Below are positions 40,578-51,907 of a stretch of 63,434 nt of DNA, in pieces. The stretch comes from an uncultured Eubacteriaceae bacterium (lineage in GTDB: Bacteria > Bacillota > Clostridia > Eubacteriales > Eubacteriaceae), in assembly GCA_947625585.1 (NCBI GenBank), contig CANQOZ010000001.1:1-63434 (forward strand). The letters are read 5' to 3'. The translations under genes and the position numbers were made by a program. The notes under the pieces were generated by a model that ran no database searches, was not told the DNA's origin, and saw nothing but the letters and a program-made list of their open reading frames with translations. Numbering within the stretch: position 1 is the stretch's first letter; every line of letters begins with the position of its first letter.

Positions 40578-40943
40578 TTACCTTTTTCTACCAATTGCCT
40601 TCTTTGGTCCCTTACATGTACGGGCATTTGTCTTTGTTTTTTGTCCACGACATGGTAATCCCCTACGATGGCGCATTCCTCTATAGGAACCAATTTCCTG
40701 TAATCTTTTAATATTCAAGTTAACTTCACGGCGAAGATCTCCTTCAACAGTAACATCTTCATCTATAATAGAACGAAGTTGGTTAACTTCATTTTCCGTT
40801 AAGTCTTTAACTCTTGTGTCCGGATTAATATCAGCTTTTTCTAAAATTTTCTTTGCTGTTGGTTGGCCAATACCATAAATATAAGTGAGTCCGATTTCAA
40901 CTCTCTTATCTCTTGGTAAGTCGATTCCAGCAATTCGTGCCAT
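40578..40943 (-). CDS. rpsM: 30S ribosomal protein S13
   Basis: 121 aa. [15 protein letters not shown] start. Confidence 0.97.
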   Translation of the reverse strand: MARIAGIDLPRDKRVEIGLTYIYGIGQPTAKKILEKADINPDTRVKDLTENEVNQLRSIIDEDVTVEGDLRREVNLNIKRLQEIGSYRGMRHRRGLPCRGQKTKTNARTCKGPKKAIGRKR

Positions 40944-41039
40944 TTAATTCCTCCAATTTTAAATTGTATATAAATCGGTAAACATTCAGTTTACCTCGTA
41001 ATTTTCAAGTTAGTGTATTTTTGATAAAATAATATAAAG

Positions 41040-41153
41040 TTAACCTTGTCTTTGTTTGTGTTTTGGATTTTCACAAATTACCATAACACGCCCTTTACGT
41101 TTGATAACTTTACATTTTTCACACATAGGTTTTACTGATGGTCTAACTTTCAC
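41040..41153 (-). CDS. rpmJ: 50S ribosomal protein L36
   Basis: Absent from the ORF track because it is under 60 aa. GTG start with AAGGAG SD. Translates as [37 protein letters not shown], and sits in the conserved infA-rpmJ-rpsM position. Confidence 0.93.
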   Translation of the reverse strand: MKVRPSVKPMCEKCKVIKRKGRVMVICENPKHKQRQG

Positions 41154-41189
41154 AGTTAACTCCTTTTCTAAAAAGTAAAATCATATGGA

Positions 41190-41417
41190 CTAATTACGTC
41201 CTTTACCTCGCCAAATGATTCTTCCTTGGGTCAAATCATACGGTGATAGTTCCATAACTACCCGGTCTCCTGGTAAGATACGAATATAATTCATACGTAA
41301 TTTGCCAGAAATATGCGCAAGCACTTTATGCCCATTATCTAATTCTACATAAAATTTAGTGTTTGGTAAAGCTTCAGTGACAACACCTTCAACTTCAATA
41401 ACGTCTTTTTTAGACAT
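41190..41417 (-). CDS. infA: translation initiation factor IF-1
   Basis: Start placed at [11 protein letters not shown] (ATG 41417, GAGGAG SD), 4 codons inside the track ORF. Confidence 0.96.
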   Translation of the reverse strand: MSKKDVIEVEGVVTEALPNTKFYVELDNGHKVLAHISGKLRMNYIRILPGDRVVMELSPYDLTQGRIIWRGKGRN

Positions 41418-41721
41418 GCATCTCCTCATTCACTTCATCAATAACCTTTTTATTATAAGGTTTTAGAACCGAACGAATGTCACTATTGGTTATTTTTATC
41501 CCTTTAGCTAGCTTGTTTGTAATCAAACTGCTAACATAATTGGTTTTAGCGACATGTTTTACTTTTTTCTTTTTAGGATTGCTTATTTTACGGTTTATTC
41601 CATTACAAACACCAACATAATCGGGTTCGATTATTTCCGTGACTACTAGCCATTCACCTTTGTCCCGACCAGCTTTTGACCGAATGACTTGTCCTACTTT
41701 TAATTCACTTGCACTGTTCAT
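41410..41721 (-). CDS. KOW domain-containing RNA-binding protein
   Basis: 103 aa. [20 protein letters not shown] is a KOW-like motif. It sits between map and infA, as in many Clostridia-like genomes. Confidence 0.6.
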   Translation of the reverse strand: MNSASELKVGQVIRSKAGRDKGEWLVVTEIIEPDYVGVCNGINRKISNPKKKKVKHVAKTNYVSSLITNKLAKGIKITNSDIRSVLKPYNKKVIDEVNEEMHV

Positions 41722-42461
41722 AGTGTTAGTATCTCAGGCTCTCCATCAGTAATCGTAATGGTGTTTTCATAATGTGCTGATTTTTTTCCGTCGGCAGTAA
41801 CAGCTGTCCATCCATCATCTAAGACTCTTAAATCATACACGCCCGAATTAATCATAGGTTCAATGGCTAAACACATACCTTTTTTTAACTTAGGTCCGTG
41901 GTTTGCTTTCCCATAATTAGGTATCGGTGGATCTTCGTGCATATCACGTCCAATTCCATGGCCAACATAATCACGTACAACAGAAAACCCATTCTTTTCA
42001 GCATATTCTTGGACTGCATGGGAGATGTCACCAAGCTTATTCCCATCTCTGGCTTGCTTTATTCCTTCAAAGAAAGAATTTCTAGTAACATCAATCAATT
42101 TTTGGTCTTCTTTAGAGATCTGACCAACAGGATGAGTCCTTGCAGCATCTCCAACATAACCATCCAATGTAGCTCCAAGATCGATTGAAATAATATCGCC
42201 TTCCTGAAGAATTCGTGAACTCGGAATTCCATGCACTATGACTTCATTTATTGAAGCACATATTGACTTGGGATAACCTTGATAATTAAGAAAGGTAGGA
42301 TAAGCTCCTGCCTTTCTAATGAACTCTTCAGCTTTTTTATCAAGCTCAAGGGTACTTATGCCTGGTTTAATCAATTCTTCAACTAGTAAATGGCAATCTG
42401 CAACGAGCTTCCCAGCCCGGCGCATTTTATCTATTTCTTGATCCGACTTGATTAAAATCAT
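41718..42461 (-). CDS. map: type I methionine aminopeptidase
   Basis: 247 aa. Metal ligand context (DIISIDLG, GHGIG, EPM). Confidence 0.96.
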   Translation of the reverse strand: MILIKSDQEIDKMRRAGKLVADCHLLVEELIKPGISTLELDKKAEEFIRKAGAYPTFLNYQGYPKSICASINEVIVHGIPSSRILQEGDIISIDLGATLDGYVGDAARTHPVGQISKEDQKLIDVTRNSFFEGIKQARDGNKLGDISHAVQEYAEKNGFSVVRDYVGHGIGRDMHEDPPIPNYGKANHGPKLKKGMCLAIEPMINSGVYDLRVLDDGWTAVTADGKKSAHYENTITITDGEPEILTL

Positions 42462-42463
42462 TT

Positions 42464-43105
42464 TTAACTAAAACGTTCATAAACAGCTTCTTGAACTTCG
42501 TCAATCGGCTTTGTACTATCAAAAGTTTCCAGGATATTCTTATTTTTGTAATAATCGATTAGAGGTTCAGTTTCTTCTTTATAAACATTGAAACGAGTTC
42601 TGATTGTTTCCTCATTATCGTCATTACGCTGTACTAATTCAGCTCCGTCTATATCACAGATTCCGTCTTCTTTTGGTGGTTGGAAGTAAATATTATAAAT
42701 CTTTCCACATTTTGGACAAGAACGTCTTCCAACTATTCTTTTTTCAATTAAATCGTATGGTGCTTCTAAGTCAATAACTGCATCGAGTTGGATATCATTA
42801 TCTTCACAAAAATTCCATAAAGCTTCAGCCTGTGGAATCGTTCTTGGGAATCCATCTAGTAGGAATCCTTCCTGAGCATCTGGTTTTGTTAAACGATCTT
42901 GAACTAAACGAATAACAAGATCATCAGGAACTAATTCACCTTTATCCATATAGGATTTTGCTTCTAATCCTAAAGGCGTTTCCTGACTAACATTTTCCCT
43001 AAACAAGTCACCGGTTGATATATGTGGAATATTGTAATGTTCTGAAATTCCAACAGCATGGGTGCCTTTGCCCGCACCTGGAGGGCCGAGTAAAATTGCT
43101 CTCAT
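42464..43105 (-). CDS. adk: adenylate kinase
   Basis: 213 aa. GPPGAGKGT P-loop and a lid with CPKCGK...CDID. Confidence 0.97.
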   Translation of the reverse strand: MRAILLGPPGAGKGTHAVGISEHYNIPHISTGDLFRENVSQETPLGLEAKSYMDKGELVPDDLVIRLVQDRLTKPDAQEGFLLDGFPRTIPQAEALWNFCEDNDIQLDAVIDLEAPYDLIEKRIVGRRSCPKCGKIYNIYFQPPKEDGICDIDGAELVQRNDDNEETIRTRFNVYKEETEPLIDYYKNKNILETFDSTKPIDEVQEAVYERFS

Positions 43106-43117
43106 CTTATCTCCTAA

Positions 43118-44377
43118 TTATTTTAAGAATCCTGCATGTTGACGAAGTGTCATTTCGGATTCAAGTTGTTTAACAGTGTCGATAGCAACACCAACTACGA
43201 TTAATAGGGAGGTTCCACCAAATTGTAGGTTAACACCGCCCATGAAATGGCCAATGAAAATAGGTATAACAGCTACGATGGCCAAGAAGATAGCACCAAA
43301 TACAGTTAATCTATTAACAATCCTTTCTAAATATTCAGCAGTCGGTTTCCCAGGACGAATACCTGCAATATAACCACCTTGTTTTTTGAGATTATCAGCA
43401 ACATCATACGGATTAAAGGTTACTCGTGTATAGAAGTAAGTAAATGCAATTATCAATATGACATAGATCGTTGTTGAGATTGGTGAACCCCAAGCAAAGT
43501 GATTTGAAACCCATTGTTGGAAACCAGAGTTTGGCATAAAGTTGGCAATAGTTGCAGGGAACAAAGTAATGGATGAAGCAAAAATGATTGGAATAACTCC
43601 AGCCATATTTATTCTCAAAGGAATATAAGTACTTTGTCCACCATACTGTTTTCTACCAACTACTCTTTTAGCATACTGAACTGGAATCCTTCTTTGAGCT
43701 TCTGTTACAGCTACTACCCCATAAACAGCGATTACCATACCAATTAAAAGTAAAATTACACTGATAATGTCAACTGTACCTATTGTTAGGTAGTTGTAAG
43801 CAGTCATAATCGTATCAGGTATTCTTGAAATAATACTAATAAAGATTATTAAAGAAATACCATTTCCGATACCATTTTCTGTTATTAACTCACCTATGTA
43901 CATCAATAAGGTTGTACCAGCTGTTGTTACTAAAACAACTGTAAAGATGGTAAAAGGATCTCTGTTTAATAAGAAGTTTCCGTTTGTCAGGGAAATTCCT
44001 AATGACTGAACAAGTGCTAATACAATTGTTAAGTATTCTGTATAGCGAGCTATTTTTTTACGACCTTCATCACCTTCTTTAGAAATATTTTCTAAATACG
44101 GAATTGCAAAAGTAAGAAGGTTCATAATGATTGAAGCGTTAATATATGGAGTAATACCCATTGCAAAGATGGTAAAGTTAGAAAAGTTACCACCAGAAAG
44201 AATATCAAACAACCCGAATATTCCACCATCATTAACTAAGTTCTGTAATTCGCTGGTGTTTATGTAAGGAACAGGAATGAATGTACCTAAACGATAAACA
44301 AACAGCATCATTAACATATAGAGGATTTTACGCCTTAGATCTGGAATATCCCAGGCTTCTCTAAGCGTCTTTAACAT
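43118..44377 (-). CDS. secY: preprotein translocase subunit SecY
   Basis: 419 aa, 10 TM helices, conserved position after rplO. Confidence 0.97.
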   Translation of the reverse strand: MLKTLREAWDIPDLRRKILYMLMMLFVYRLGTFIPVPYINTSELQNLVNDGGIFGLFDILSGGNFSNFTIFAMGITPYINASIIMNLLTFAIPYLENISKEGDEGRKKIARYTEYLTIVLALVQSLGISLTNGNFLLNRDPFTIFTVVLVTTAGTTLLMYIGELITENGIGNGISLIIFISIISRIPDTIMTAYNYLTIGTVDIISVILLLIGMVIAVYGVVAVTEAQRRIPVQYAKRVVGRKQYGGQSTYIPLRINMAGVIPIIFASSITLFPATIANFMPNSGFQQWVSNHFAWGSPISTTIYVILIIAFTYFYTRVTFNPYDVADNLKKQGGYIAGIRPGKPTAEYLERIVNRLTVFGAIFLAIVAVIPIFIGHFMGGVNLQFGGTSLLIVVGVAIDTVKQLESEMTLRQHAGFLK

Positions 44378-44828
44378 CTCCTAAAACCTCTACCTTTCCC
44401 CCATTTGCTTCAATTTGTTCTCTAGCTGATTTGCTGATTTTATGGGCTTTAACATTCAGAGTTTTTTCCAGTTTTCCTCTACCAAGAATTTTTAAGCCAT
44501 CGTTGAGCTTTTTAATCTTCTTAGTTTCTAGGAGTAATTCTGGAGTAATTTCTGTACCATCATCAAAAGCGTTTAAATCTTCGATATTTATAATTGCATA
44601 GTGCTTTTTAAATGGATAATTACTAAAACCCCTCTTTGGAATACGTCTTTGGATAGGCATTTGACCACCTTCAAAACCTGGACGAACTCCACCACCTGAT
44701 CTTGATTTTTGACCATCTTGACCACGGCCAGCAGTTTTACCAAGACCTGAACCTGGTCCTCTACCAACACGTTTCTTTCTATGTTTTGACCCGGGAGCTG
44801 GTTTAAGCGTATTTAATCTCATACTCAT
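44361..44828 (-). CDS. rplO: 50S ribosomal protein L15
   Basis: 155 aa. [20 protein letters not shown] motif. AGGAG lies 8 nt before the first ATG. Confidence 0.96.
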   Translation of the reverse strand: MSMRLNTLKPAPGSKHRKKRVGRGPGSGLGKTAGRGQDGQKSRSGGGVRPGFEGGQMPIQRRIPKRGFSNYPFKKHYAIINIEDLNAFDDGTEITPELLLETKKIKKLNDGLKILGRGKLEKTLNVKAHKISKSAREQIEANGGKVEVLGDVKDA

Positions 44829-44839
44829 AATACAGTCTC

Positions 44840-45022
44840 CTATACTTCTTTTACATCTAGCATAAAATCTACTTTATTAATCATTCCGCGAATGACTGGA
44901 GTGTCATCATGAATGACAGTCTGCCCAATTTTCTTTAAGCCTAAAGCTTTAACATTGGCAATTTGTTTCTTGTTTCGACCAATTAAGCTTTTCTTTAATG
45001 TGATTTCAAGTTTGCCTGCCAT
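44840..45022 (-). CDS. rpmD: 50S ribosomal protein L30
   Basis: 60 aa. [12 protein letters not shown] pattern. Confidence 0.95.
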   Translation of the reverse strand: MAGKLEITLKKSLIGRNKKQIANVKALGLKKIGQTVIHDDTPVIRGMINKVDFMLDVKEV

Positions 45023-45030
45023 TTTAACTC

Positions 45031-45540
45031 CTAATGACCGAGAATTTCTTCTGGTGTTTTACCACGTTTCTTTGCAACTTCTTCAACAGTGGTGAGACTT
45101 CTTAATCCTTGCATTGTGGCATTAACCATGTTACGAGCATTATTTGAACCAAGTGATTTTGTTCTGATGTCTTGAATTCCTGCTAATTCACATATAGCAC
45201 GAACAGGACCACCAGCGATAACACCGGTACCTTCTTTAGCTGGCTTTAATAAAACTTTACCAGCTCCGTCAACACCAATAACTTCATGCGGAATCGTTGT
45301 GTCAATTAATGGAACAGTAATTAGGTTCTTCTTTGCTTTTTCAACAGCTTTATGGATAGCATCAGGAATTTCCATCGCTTTACCATTACCGATTCCTACT
45401 TTACCTTTACCATTACCAACAACGACTAAAACACTAAAACGCATGTGGCGCCCACCCTTAACAACTTTGGTTACTCGGTTGATATTGACAACACGTTCTT
45501 GAAAATCGTTGTTTTCTGTTCGATTATTTCTTCTATCCAT
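45031..45540 (-). CDS. rpsE: 30S ribosomal protein S5
   Basis: 169 aa. [24 protein letters not shown] motif. Confidence 0.97.
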   Translation of the reverse strand: MDRRNNRTENNDFQERVVNINRVTKVVKGGRHMRFSVLVVVGNGKGKVGIGNGKAMEIPDAIHKAVEKAKKNLITVPLIDTTIPHEVIGVDGAGKVLLKPAKEGTGVIAGGPVRAICELAGIQDIRTKSLGSNNARNMVNATMQGLRSLTTVEEVAKKRGKTPEEILGH

Positions 45541-45554
45541 TTGATTTCCCTTAA

Positions 45555-45923
45555 TTAGAACTTAAGTCCAGCTTCCCTAGCTCCATCAGCCAGTTCCTTA
45601 ACTTTTCCAGTATAAAGATAACCACCCCTGTCAAAAACAACTTCATTGATTCCAGCATCTAAAGCTTTCTGACCAATATCTTTACCAACAGCTTTAGCAG
45701 CTTCCTTAGAAGAAGTGGATTCAACCTGGTCTTTAATTGGGTTTAATAAGGTTGATGAACTTACGAGGGTCTTGCCGGATTTATCGTCGATAACCTGAGC
45801 ATAAATGTTTTTATTACTTCTAAAAACATTTAAACGAGGTCTTTCCGGAGTACCTTTTACCTTGTTGCGGATTCTTCTATGCCTTTTTAAACGATTTTTA
45901 TTTCGATTAACTTTTTTAAACAA
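45555..45923 (-). CDS. rplR: 50S ribosomal protein L18
   Basis: 122 aa. [20 protein letters not shown] motif. Confidence 0.97.
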   Translation of the reverse strand: MFKKVNRNKNRLKRHRRIRNKVKGTPERPRLNVFRSNKNIYAQVIDDKSGKTLVSSSTLLNPIKDQVESTSSKEAAKAVGKDIGQKALDAGINEVVFDRGGYLYTGKVKELADGAREAGLKF

Positions 45924-45964
45924 TTTATCTTACCTTTCTTCTTATCTGTCAGGCATGGCCATTA

Positions 45965-46498
45965 TTACCCAGTTTTACCAACCTTACGGTGAATAACTTC
46001 GTCTGAGTATTTAATACCATGACCTTTATAAGGTTCAGGTGGACGTTTCATTCTAATAATAGCAGCGTGTTGGCCAACTCCCTGTTTATCTATTCCTTCT
46101 ACTACAACAGTCGTTGTTCCATCAACTCTTGTTGTAATTCCTTCAGGATCTTCAATTTCAACAGGATGAGAAAATCCAATATTTAAAACAAGCTTATTAC
46201 CTTGTTTAGCTGCCCTGTAACCTACTCCGTTTATTTCAAGTGTTTTTGAATAACCATTTGTAACACCTTCAACCATATTGTTGATAAGTGACCTAACTAG
46301 ACCATGATAAGCTTTCATTTGCTTAGAATCACTTGGTCTAGTACAAATGATTTCATTATCTTTAACTTCGATTTCTATGTTTGGATTTAACTCCTGGGTT
46401 ATGCTACCTTTTGGTCCCTTAACAGTTAAGGTATGGCCATCTAAGGTAACATCCACCTTTTCCGGAATATTTACCGGAGTTCTACCGATTCTTGACAT
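45965..46498 (-). CDS. rplF: 50S ribosomal protein L6
   Basis: Start placed at MSRIGRTPV (ATG 46498, AGGAGG SD), 7 codons inside the track ORF. Confidence 0.96.
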   Translation of the reverse strand: MSRIGRTPVNIPEKVDVTLDGHTLTVKGPKGSITQELNPNIEIEVKDNEIICTRPSDSKQMKAYHGLVRSLINNMVEGVTNGYSKTLEINGVGYRAAKQGNKLVLNIGFSHPVEIEDPEGITTRVDGTTTVVVEGIDKQGVGQHAAIIRMKRPPEPYKGHGIKYSDEVIHRKVGKTG

Positions 46499-46512
46499 TA
46501 TATCCTCCTGTC

Positions 46513-46911
46513 TTACCAAACGTAACAGAGAACTTCTCCGCCAACACCGGCTTTACGTGCTTCCTTGTCCGTTAACATTCCTTTTGATGTAGAAATAATA
46601 GCTATTCCTAAACCGTTTAGAACTTTTGGAATTTCTTTTTTACCGGCATAAATTCTCAAGCTTGGCTTACTGATTCTCTTTAATCCAGCAATAACACCTT
46701 CCTTTTCCGGTGTATACTTAAGCGTGATTTTTATGTCGTCCCTTGGTTCCTTTTCTATTACTTCTACCTTTTCGATATATCCTTCATCTTCTAAGATATC
46801 AGCAATTTTCTTATTTATTTTTGAAAAGGGTATATTGACAGTTTTATGTTTTGCACTGATAGCGTTTCTTATCCTAGTTAACATATCAGCAATAGGATCT
46901 GATACTGGCAT
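46513..46911 (-). CDS. rpsH: 30S ribosomal protein S8
   Basis: 132 aa. [13 protein letters not shown] motif. Confidence 0.97.
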   Translation of the reverse strand: MPVSDPIADMLTRIRNAISAKHKTVNIPFSKINKKIADILEDEGYIEKVEVIEKEPRDDIKITLKYTPEKEGVIAGLKRISKPSLRIYAGKKEIPKVLNGLGIAIISTSKGMLTDKEARKAGVGGEVLCYVW

Positions 46912-46931
46912 TTAAAACCTCCCTGCTGAAC

Positions 46932-47117
46932 TTACCAACTAGCTTTTTTAACACCAGGGATTTCCCCTTTGTAAGCTAGTTCACGAAAACAGATACGGCA
47001 AATTCCATATTTTCTTAAGTAGCCGTGCGGACGTCCGCATATACGACAACGATTATATTCACGGGTGGAATATTTTTGTTTGCGCTTCTGTTTTTCAATC
47101 ATTGCTTTTCTAGCCAT
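46932..47117 (-). CDS. rpsN: 30S ribosomal protein S14 type Z (zinc-binding)
   Basis: 61 aa. CRICGRPHG...CRICFRE. Confidence 0.96.
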   Translation of the reverse strand: MARKAMIEKQKRKQKYSTREYNRCRICGRPHGYLRKYGICRICFRELAYKGEIPGVKKASW

Positions 47118-47120
47118 GTT

Positions 47121-47675
47121 TTATTCCTGTTCCTCTCTCGCATATGGAAGACCCATTAAGTTAAGTAGTTCATGGGCTTCTTCATCTGTCTTGGCACTAG
47201 TAACAAACATAACATCCATGCCACGGACCTTTTCAACTTTATCGTAGTCAATTTCAGGGAAGATCAACTGTTCCCTAATACCAAAAGCATAATTGCCACG
47301 ACCATCGAAAGAATTATTAGATAATCCTTGGAAGTCACGAACTCTTGGAAGAGCTACATTAAAGAGTTTATCGATAAAATCATACATTTTTTGTTTTCTT
47401 AATGTAACTTTAGCACCAATGTTTTGTCCTTGTCTGACTTTAAAGTTAGCAACCGATTTTTTTGCTTTTAGTACAACCGGTGCCTGTCCGGTAATAATGG
47501 ATAAATCATTAATAGCGGCATCCAGGAGTTTCGGATTATCTTTGGCATCCCCTAATCCCATATTTACTACGACTTTTTCAAGTTTTGGCACTTCCATGTC
47601 ATTCTTATAGCCAAATTTTTCTTTCATGGCTGGAACGACTTCCTGAGTGTATTTATCGTATAATCGACTTTCCAT
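47121..47675 (-). CDS. rplE: 50S ribosomal protein L5
   Basis: 184 aa. Conserved position and typical sequence ([13 protein letters not shown]). Confidence 0.97.
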   Translation of the reverse strand: MESRLYDKYTQEVVPAMKEKFGYKNDMEVPKLEKVVVNMGLGDAKDNPKLLDAAINDLSIITGQAPVVLKAKKSVANFKVRQGQNIGAKVTLRKQKMYDFIDKLFNVALPRVRDFQGLSNNSFDGRGNYAFGIREQLIFPEIDYDKVEKVRGMDVMFVTSAKTDEEAHELLNLMGLPYAREEQE

Positions 47676-47686
47676 TCGTTTCTCTA

Positions 47687-48025
47687 CTAATCTAATTCTG
47701 CATTACAAACTTTACAGATCCTAGTTTTGCTGCCGTCTTCATTGATTCTTTTACCATAACGAACACCTTTACCACAGTGATCACAGTAAAGTAATACGTT
47801 AGAAGCATCAATCTTAGCTTCCTTTTCAATGATTCCACCCTGCTGATTTAGCTGAGTTGGTTTTTGGTGTTTGGTAACTACATTAACACCTTCAACAATT
47901 AACTTGTTTTCTTTTGGGAAAACTTTTGTAACGTTGCTAACAACACCTTTATAAGGACCTGTTATAACTTCAACTCTGTCTCCACTCTTAACGTGGACTT
48001 TATTGTTCTTTTTCTGTTTGGCCAT
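47687..48025 (-). CDS. rplX: 50S ribosomal protein L24 (with an unusual CxxC-x19-CxxC C-terminal motif)
   Basis: 112 aa. KOW motif [16 protein letters not shown]. The C-terminus reads [33 protein letters not shown]. Confidence 0.95.
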   Translation of the reverse strand: MAKQKKNNKVHVKSGDRVEVITGPYKGVVSNVTKVFPKENKLIVEGVNVVTKHQKPTQLNQQGGIIEKEAKIDASNVLLYCDHCGKGVRYGKRINEDGSKTRICKVCNAELD

Positions 48026-48034
48026 TTTTACTCC

Positions 48035-48403
48035 TTATAGGACTTCTGGTGCTAAAGACACAATTTTCATAAAGTCTTTATCACGAAGTTCACGGGCGAC
48101 TGGCCCAAAAATACGAGTTCCTCTTGGGGTATTGTCATCTCTGATTAAAACAGCAGCATTTTGGTCGAACTTAATATAAGAACCATCATTCCTTCTTAAT
48201 CCATTTTTTGTTCTAACAATAACTGCTTTAACGACATCACCTTTTTTAACTTCCCCACCAGGAGCTGCGCTTTTTACGGAACAAACGATAATATCACCGA
48301 CATTTCCATAACGACGGCCCGAACCACCTAAAACACGAATACAAAGTAATTCCTTGGCCCCTGTGTTATCGGCTACTTTTAATCTACTTTCTTGTTGAAT
48401 CAT
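48035..48403 (-). CDS. rplN: 50S ribosomal protein L14
   Basis: 122 aa. [18 protein letters not shown] start. Confidence 0.98.
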   Translation of the reverse strand: MIQQESRLKVADNTGAKELLCIRVLGGSGRRYGNVGDIIVCSVKSAAPGGEVKKGDVVKAVIVRTKNGLRRNDGSYIKFDQNAAVLIRDDNTPRGTRIFGPVARELRDKDFMKIVSLAPEVL

Positions 48404-48422
48404 TTGAAATCTCCAACTTTAT

Positions 48423-48680
48423 CTAGACAGCCTTCTCGATTATTTCGACGAGACGCCAGTTCTTCTCTTTACTTAACGGACGTGTTTCTTCAATTCGTAC
48501 TAAATCTCCGATATTGCATTCGTTATTTTCATCGTGGGCTTTGAATTTAGAAGTCTTTGTAAATCTCTTCTTATAGATAGGATGGGCAACCTGCCTGTCT
48601 ATTGCAACGACAATCGTCTTGTCCATCTTATCGCTTACAACACGGCCAACACGAACTTTTTTATTTGATTTTTCTGCCAT
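48423..48680 (-). CDS. rpsQ: 30S ribosomal protein S17
   Basis: 85 aa. [15 protein letters not shown] motif. Confidence 0.97.
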   Translation of the reverse strand: MAEKSNKKVRVGRVVSDKMDKTIVVAIDRQVAHPIYKKRFTKTSKFKAHDENNECNIGDLVRIEETRPLSKEKNWRLVEIIEKAV

Positions 48681-48691
48681 TACCTAACCTT

Positions 48692-48898
48692 TTATTGAGC
48701 TTGTTGTTGTTCATGTTCCCTTTCACAGATAATTGTCTTGGTACGTGCATAATCCTTTTTAACCGCACGAATCCTCATTGGATTTTCCAAGTTACCTGTA
48801 GCTTTTTGGAAACGAAGATTGAACAACTCCTCCTTAAGCTCCCTTAATTTTGCTTCTAATTCTGGAGTACTTAATTCCCTTAATTCTTTTGCTTTCAC
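48692..48898 (-). CDS. rpmC: 50S ribosomal protein L29
   Basis: 68 aa. [27 protein letters not shown]. Confidence 0.96.
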   Translation of the reverse strand: MKAKELRELSTPELEAKLRELKEELFNLRFQKATGNLENPMRIRAVKKDYARTKTIICEREHEQQQAQ

Positions 48899-48909
48899 CG
48901 AAATACCTA

Positions 48910-49329
48910 CTAATCTTCTAGATCCTCTTTCTTAACGATCTTTGTTTTTATTGGTAATTTATGCTGGGCAAGCCTTAAAGCTTCGAAAGCTGTTTCTTCA
49001 GGAACACCAGCCATTTCAAACATGATACGATCTGGTTTTACAACAGCTACCCAGTATTCAGGAGCACCTTTACCTGATCCCATACGTGTTTCAGCAGGTT
49101 TAGCTGTAACAGGTTTATCAGGAAAGATTTTGATCCAAACTTTACCACCACGACGAGTGTAACGTGTCATAGCGATACGAGCAGCTTCGATCTGATTTGA
49201 TGTTATCCAACCTGGCTCTAATGCTTGTAGACCATATTCTCCGTAAGTTACCTTATTACCACGGTGGGCTCTACCTTTCATACGACCACGTTGGACTTTT
49301 CTGTGTTTAACACGTTTTGGCATTAACAT
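48910..49329 (-). CDS. rplP: 50S ribosomal protein L16
   Basis: 139 aa. [19 protein letters not shown] start. Confidence 0.98.
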   Translation of the reverse strand: MLMPKRVKHRKVQRGRMKGRAHRGNKVTYGEYGLQALEPGWITSNQIEAARIAMTRYTRRGGKVWIKIFPDKPVTAKPAETRMGSGKGAPEYWVAVVKPDRIMFEMAGVPEETAFEALRLAQHKLPIKTKIVKKEDLED

Positions 49330-49340
49330 AAGATTTCCTC

Positions 49341-50090
49341 CTACTTGTTAGCAGCCCTGTTGTTTCGACGATTTCTATTATTTTTACGACCACGTCTTTT
49401 ACGTTTATTATTTCTATTATCAGGTTTTCTTTCGTTAGCTGTTTCAAGTATATCTTCACGTCCAGTTAAGACTTCGCCTTTGTTTAACCAAACTTTTACA
49501 CCTAATTTTCCATAAGTAGTATCGGCTTCAGCGAAACCATAATCGATATCAGCACGAAGTGTTTGCATTGGAACATTTCCTTCAGAGTAATGTTCACTTC
49601 TTGCAATTTCGGCTCCGTTTAGACGTCCAGCAACGGATGTTTTGATTCCTTTAGCACCAGCTTTTAAACTTCTTTGCATAGCTTGCTTCATGGCTCTTCT
49701 AAAAGAAGTTCTTCTTTCGAGCTGGGAAGCTATATTTTCAGCTATTAACTGAGCATCTAAGTCTATATTCTTAACTTCAACGATATTGATATAAACAGTC
49801 TTACCTGTTAATTTTTCTAATTTTTTCCTTAAATCTTCAATTCCTGCACCGCCACGACCAATGATCATTCCTGGTTTCGCTGCAAAAATATGAACTTTAA
49901 TCTTATTAGAAAAACGTTCAGTGACTATTTTTGAAATACCAGCTTGGTATTGTCCATTCTTAATGAATGTCCTTATTTCGTTATCTTCAATTAAATTATC
50001 AGCGAAGTCTTTATCGTTAGCGTACCACTTAGCATTCCAGTCTTTAATAATACCGACTCGAAGCCCATGTGCATTAACCTTTTGACCCAA
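49341..50090 (-). CDS. rpsC: 30S ribosomal protein S3 (with Arg/Asn/Lys-rich C-terminal extension)
   Basis: 249 aa. [14 protein letters not shown] start. Tail [30 protein letters not shown]. Confidence 0.97.
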   Translation of the reverse strand: MGQKVNAHGLRVGIIKDWNAKWYANDKDFADNLIEDNEIRTFIKNGQYQAGISKIVTERFSNKIKVHIFAAKPGMIIGRGGAGIEDLRKKLEKLTGKTVYINIVEVKNIDLDAQLIAENIASQLERRTSFRRAMKQAMQRSLKAGAKGIKTSVAGRLNGAEIARSEHYSEGNVPMQTLRADIDYGFAEADTTYGKLGVKVWLNKGEVLTGREDILETANERKPDNRNNKRKRRGRKNNRNRRNNRAANK

Positions 50091-50104
50091 GATTTTCCTC
50101 CTAA

Positions 50105-50476
50105 TTAACTTTCTTGATCTTCTTCGTCAAATTCTTTTAAAATCACGGTAATGTGTGATGTACGTTTTCTTATTGGAAAAGCTCTACCCTGTGGACCAGC
50201 TTTATATCTTTTCATAGTAGGTCCCTGGTCAGCATAGATAGTGTCAACATAAAGTCTTTCAATATCCATGTCATGATTGTTTTCAGCATTAGCCATAGCA
50301 GAACGAACAACCTTATCAGTCATACGAGCTGCCTTATTTGGTGTTAAAGCTAAGATTGAAAGAGCTTCACCTAATGATTTACCACGAATAAGATCAACAA
50401 CCAATTTAGCTTTCCTTGGGGAAACTCTCAGGTTTTTAGCTACTGCCTTCGCTTGTTTTACTTCTGTTTCTGGCAT
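50105..50476 (-). CDS. rplV: 50S ribosomal protein L22
   Basis: Start placed at [22 protein letters not shown] (ATG 50476, AGGTGGA SD), 25 codons inside the track ORF. Confidence 0.95.
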   Translation of the reverse strand: MPETEVKQAKAVAKNLRVSPRKAKLVVDLIRGKSLGEALSILALTPNKAARMTDKVVRSAMANAENNHDMDIERLYVDTIYADQGPTMKRYKAGPQGRAFPIRKRTSHITVILKEFDEEDQES

Positions 50477-50486
50477 GTTAATCCAC

Positions 50487-50765
50487 CTACTGTAGTTGAG
50501 TCTTACGATCTCCTGAATGTCCCCTAAAAGTACGGGTAGGAGCAAACTCACCTAATTTATGGCCAACCATGTCTTCAGTACAATAGACAGGAACGTGTTT
50601 TCTTCCATCATGTACAGCAATTGTGTGGCCAACCATCTGTGGGAAAATAGTAGAAGACCTTGACCAGGTCTTGATTACGGATTTCTTCCCACTTTTATTC
50701 ATTTCTTCTACTTTTTTAAGTAAACTGTCTTCGATATATGGACCTTTTTTTAAGGAACGACTCAT
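50487..50765 (-). CDS. rpsS: 30S ribosomal protein S19
   Basis: 92 aa. [11 protein letters not shown] start and [13 protein letters not shown]. Confidence 0.98.
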   Translation of the reverse strand: MSRSLKKGPYIEDSLLKKVEEMNKSGKKSVIKTWSRSSTIFPQMVGHTIAVHDGRKHVPVYCTEDMVGHKLGEFAPTRTFRGHSGDRKTQLQ

Positions 50766-50773
50766 ATTCTCTC

Positions 50774-51607
50774 CTATTTACTATTCCTGCGACGAACAAT
50801 ATATTTGTCAGAAGGTTTATTTTTCTTCCTTGTCTTATAACCAAGTGTTGGTTTACCCCAAGGAGTTACAGGACCTGGACGACCGATTGGTGCTTTACCT
50901 TCACCACCACCATGTGGGTGGTCATTTGGATTCATAGCAGATCCACGTACTGTAGGACGGATTCCCATGTGGCGTTTTCTACCAGCTTTACCAATACGGA
51001 CATTTTGGTGTTCAATATTTCCGACTTCACCAATTGTAGCTCTACAATTTAAATGAACTCTTCTCATTTCGCCTGATGGTAGACGAACAATAGCATAATT
51101 GTCTTCTTTAGCCATCAATTGAGCTGAATTACCAGCTGAACGGACTAATTGTCCACCTTTACCTTGTTTTAATTCAATATTATGAATTGAGGTACCAACC
51201 GGAATGTTCCTTAGTGGAAGTGCATTACCGACAACAATGTCTGCTTCTGGTCCAGAAACAACAACATCTCCATCTGTTAAACCAACTGGAGCGAGTATGT
51301 AACGCCTTTCACCGTCTTGGTATTCAATTAAAGCAATATTTGCGGAACGGTTAGGATCATATTCAATTCCAATAACTTTTGCTGGAACATTATCTTTATT
51401 CCTTTTAAAGTCAATGATCCTATATTTTCTTTTGGCCCCACCACCATGGTGGCGTACAGTAATTGAACCCCTATTATTTCTACCACCATTTTTCTTTAGT
51501 GATTTTGTTAGGGATTTTTCTGGTGTATGTTTTGTTACTTCATCATTGGTATTGACAGTCATATTACGTCTACCAGGTGAAGTTGGTTTATATTTCTTTA
51601 TGGCCAT
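50774..51607 (-). CDS. rplB: 50S ribosomal protein L2
   Basis: 277 aa. [14 protein letters not shown] start and GGGEGK motif. Confidence 0.98.
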   Translation of the reverse strand: MAIKKYKPTSPGRRNMTVNTNDEVTKHTPEKSLTKSLKKNGGRNNRGSITVRHHGGGAKRKYRIIDFKRNKDNVPAKVIGIEYDPNRSANIALIEYQDGERRYILAPVGLTDGDVVVSGPEADIVVGNALPLRNIPVGTSIHNIELKQGKGGQLVRSAGNSAQLMAKEDNYAIVRLPSGEMRRVHLNCRATIGEVGNIEHQNVRIGKAGRKRHMGIRPTVRGSAMNPNDHPHGGGEGKAPIGRPGPVTPWGKPTLGYKTRKKNKPSDKYIVRRRNSK

Positions 51608-51619
51608 TTCTAACCTCTC

Positions 51620-51907
51620 TTAACTGGAAAAGATTTCTATATCTTTACTATCCGGTGTCAAGGTGACAATTGCTTTTTTCCAGTCTTTACGCTTTCCAAC
51701 CGATAAACCTTGGCGTTTTACTTTGCCTTTCATGTTCATGGTATTAACATCTGCTACATCAACATCGAAAATTTCTTCGACAGCTTTAGCAATGTCAATT
51801 TTGTTAGCTCTTCTATCGACTTCAAAAGTATATTTTTTATTGTCAGTTTGACTCATTGAATTTTCAGTAACGATCGGTCTAATTATTACATCTCTTGCAT
51901 CTTTCAT
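51620..51907 (-). CDS. rplW: 50S ribosomal protein L23
   Basis: 95 aa. Conserved position. [22 protein letters not shown] motif. Confidence 0.96.
   Translation of the reverse strand: MKDARDVIIRPIVTENSMSQTDNKKYTFEVDRRANKIDIAKAVEEIFDVDVADVNTMNMKGKVKRQGLSVGKRKDWKKAIVTLTPDSKDIEIFSS

Noticed and set aside
50477-50551. N-terminal extensions in the track ORFs of rplV, and likewise rplF (46499..46519), infA (41418..41429), proC (28152..28187), the amylase gene (11039..11062) and the amidotransferase-like gene (61427..61459).
   Set aside because: The internal starts have proper SD spacing and match the conserved protein N-termini. The extensions overlap upstream genes or lack an SD.
45299-51851. Many 60-105 aa ORFs on the plus strand inside the ribosomal protein cluster (e.g. 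45299..45502, 46347..46592, 47293..47610, 50623..51052, 51989..52243) and same-strand out-of-frame ORFs (44588..44770, 52653..52883).
   Set aside because: All overlap highly conserved ribosomal protein genes in other frames. None has a start context or recognisable motifs. They are typical shadow ORFs.
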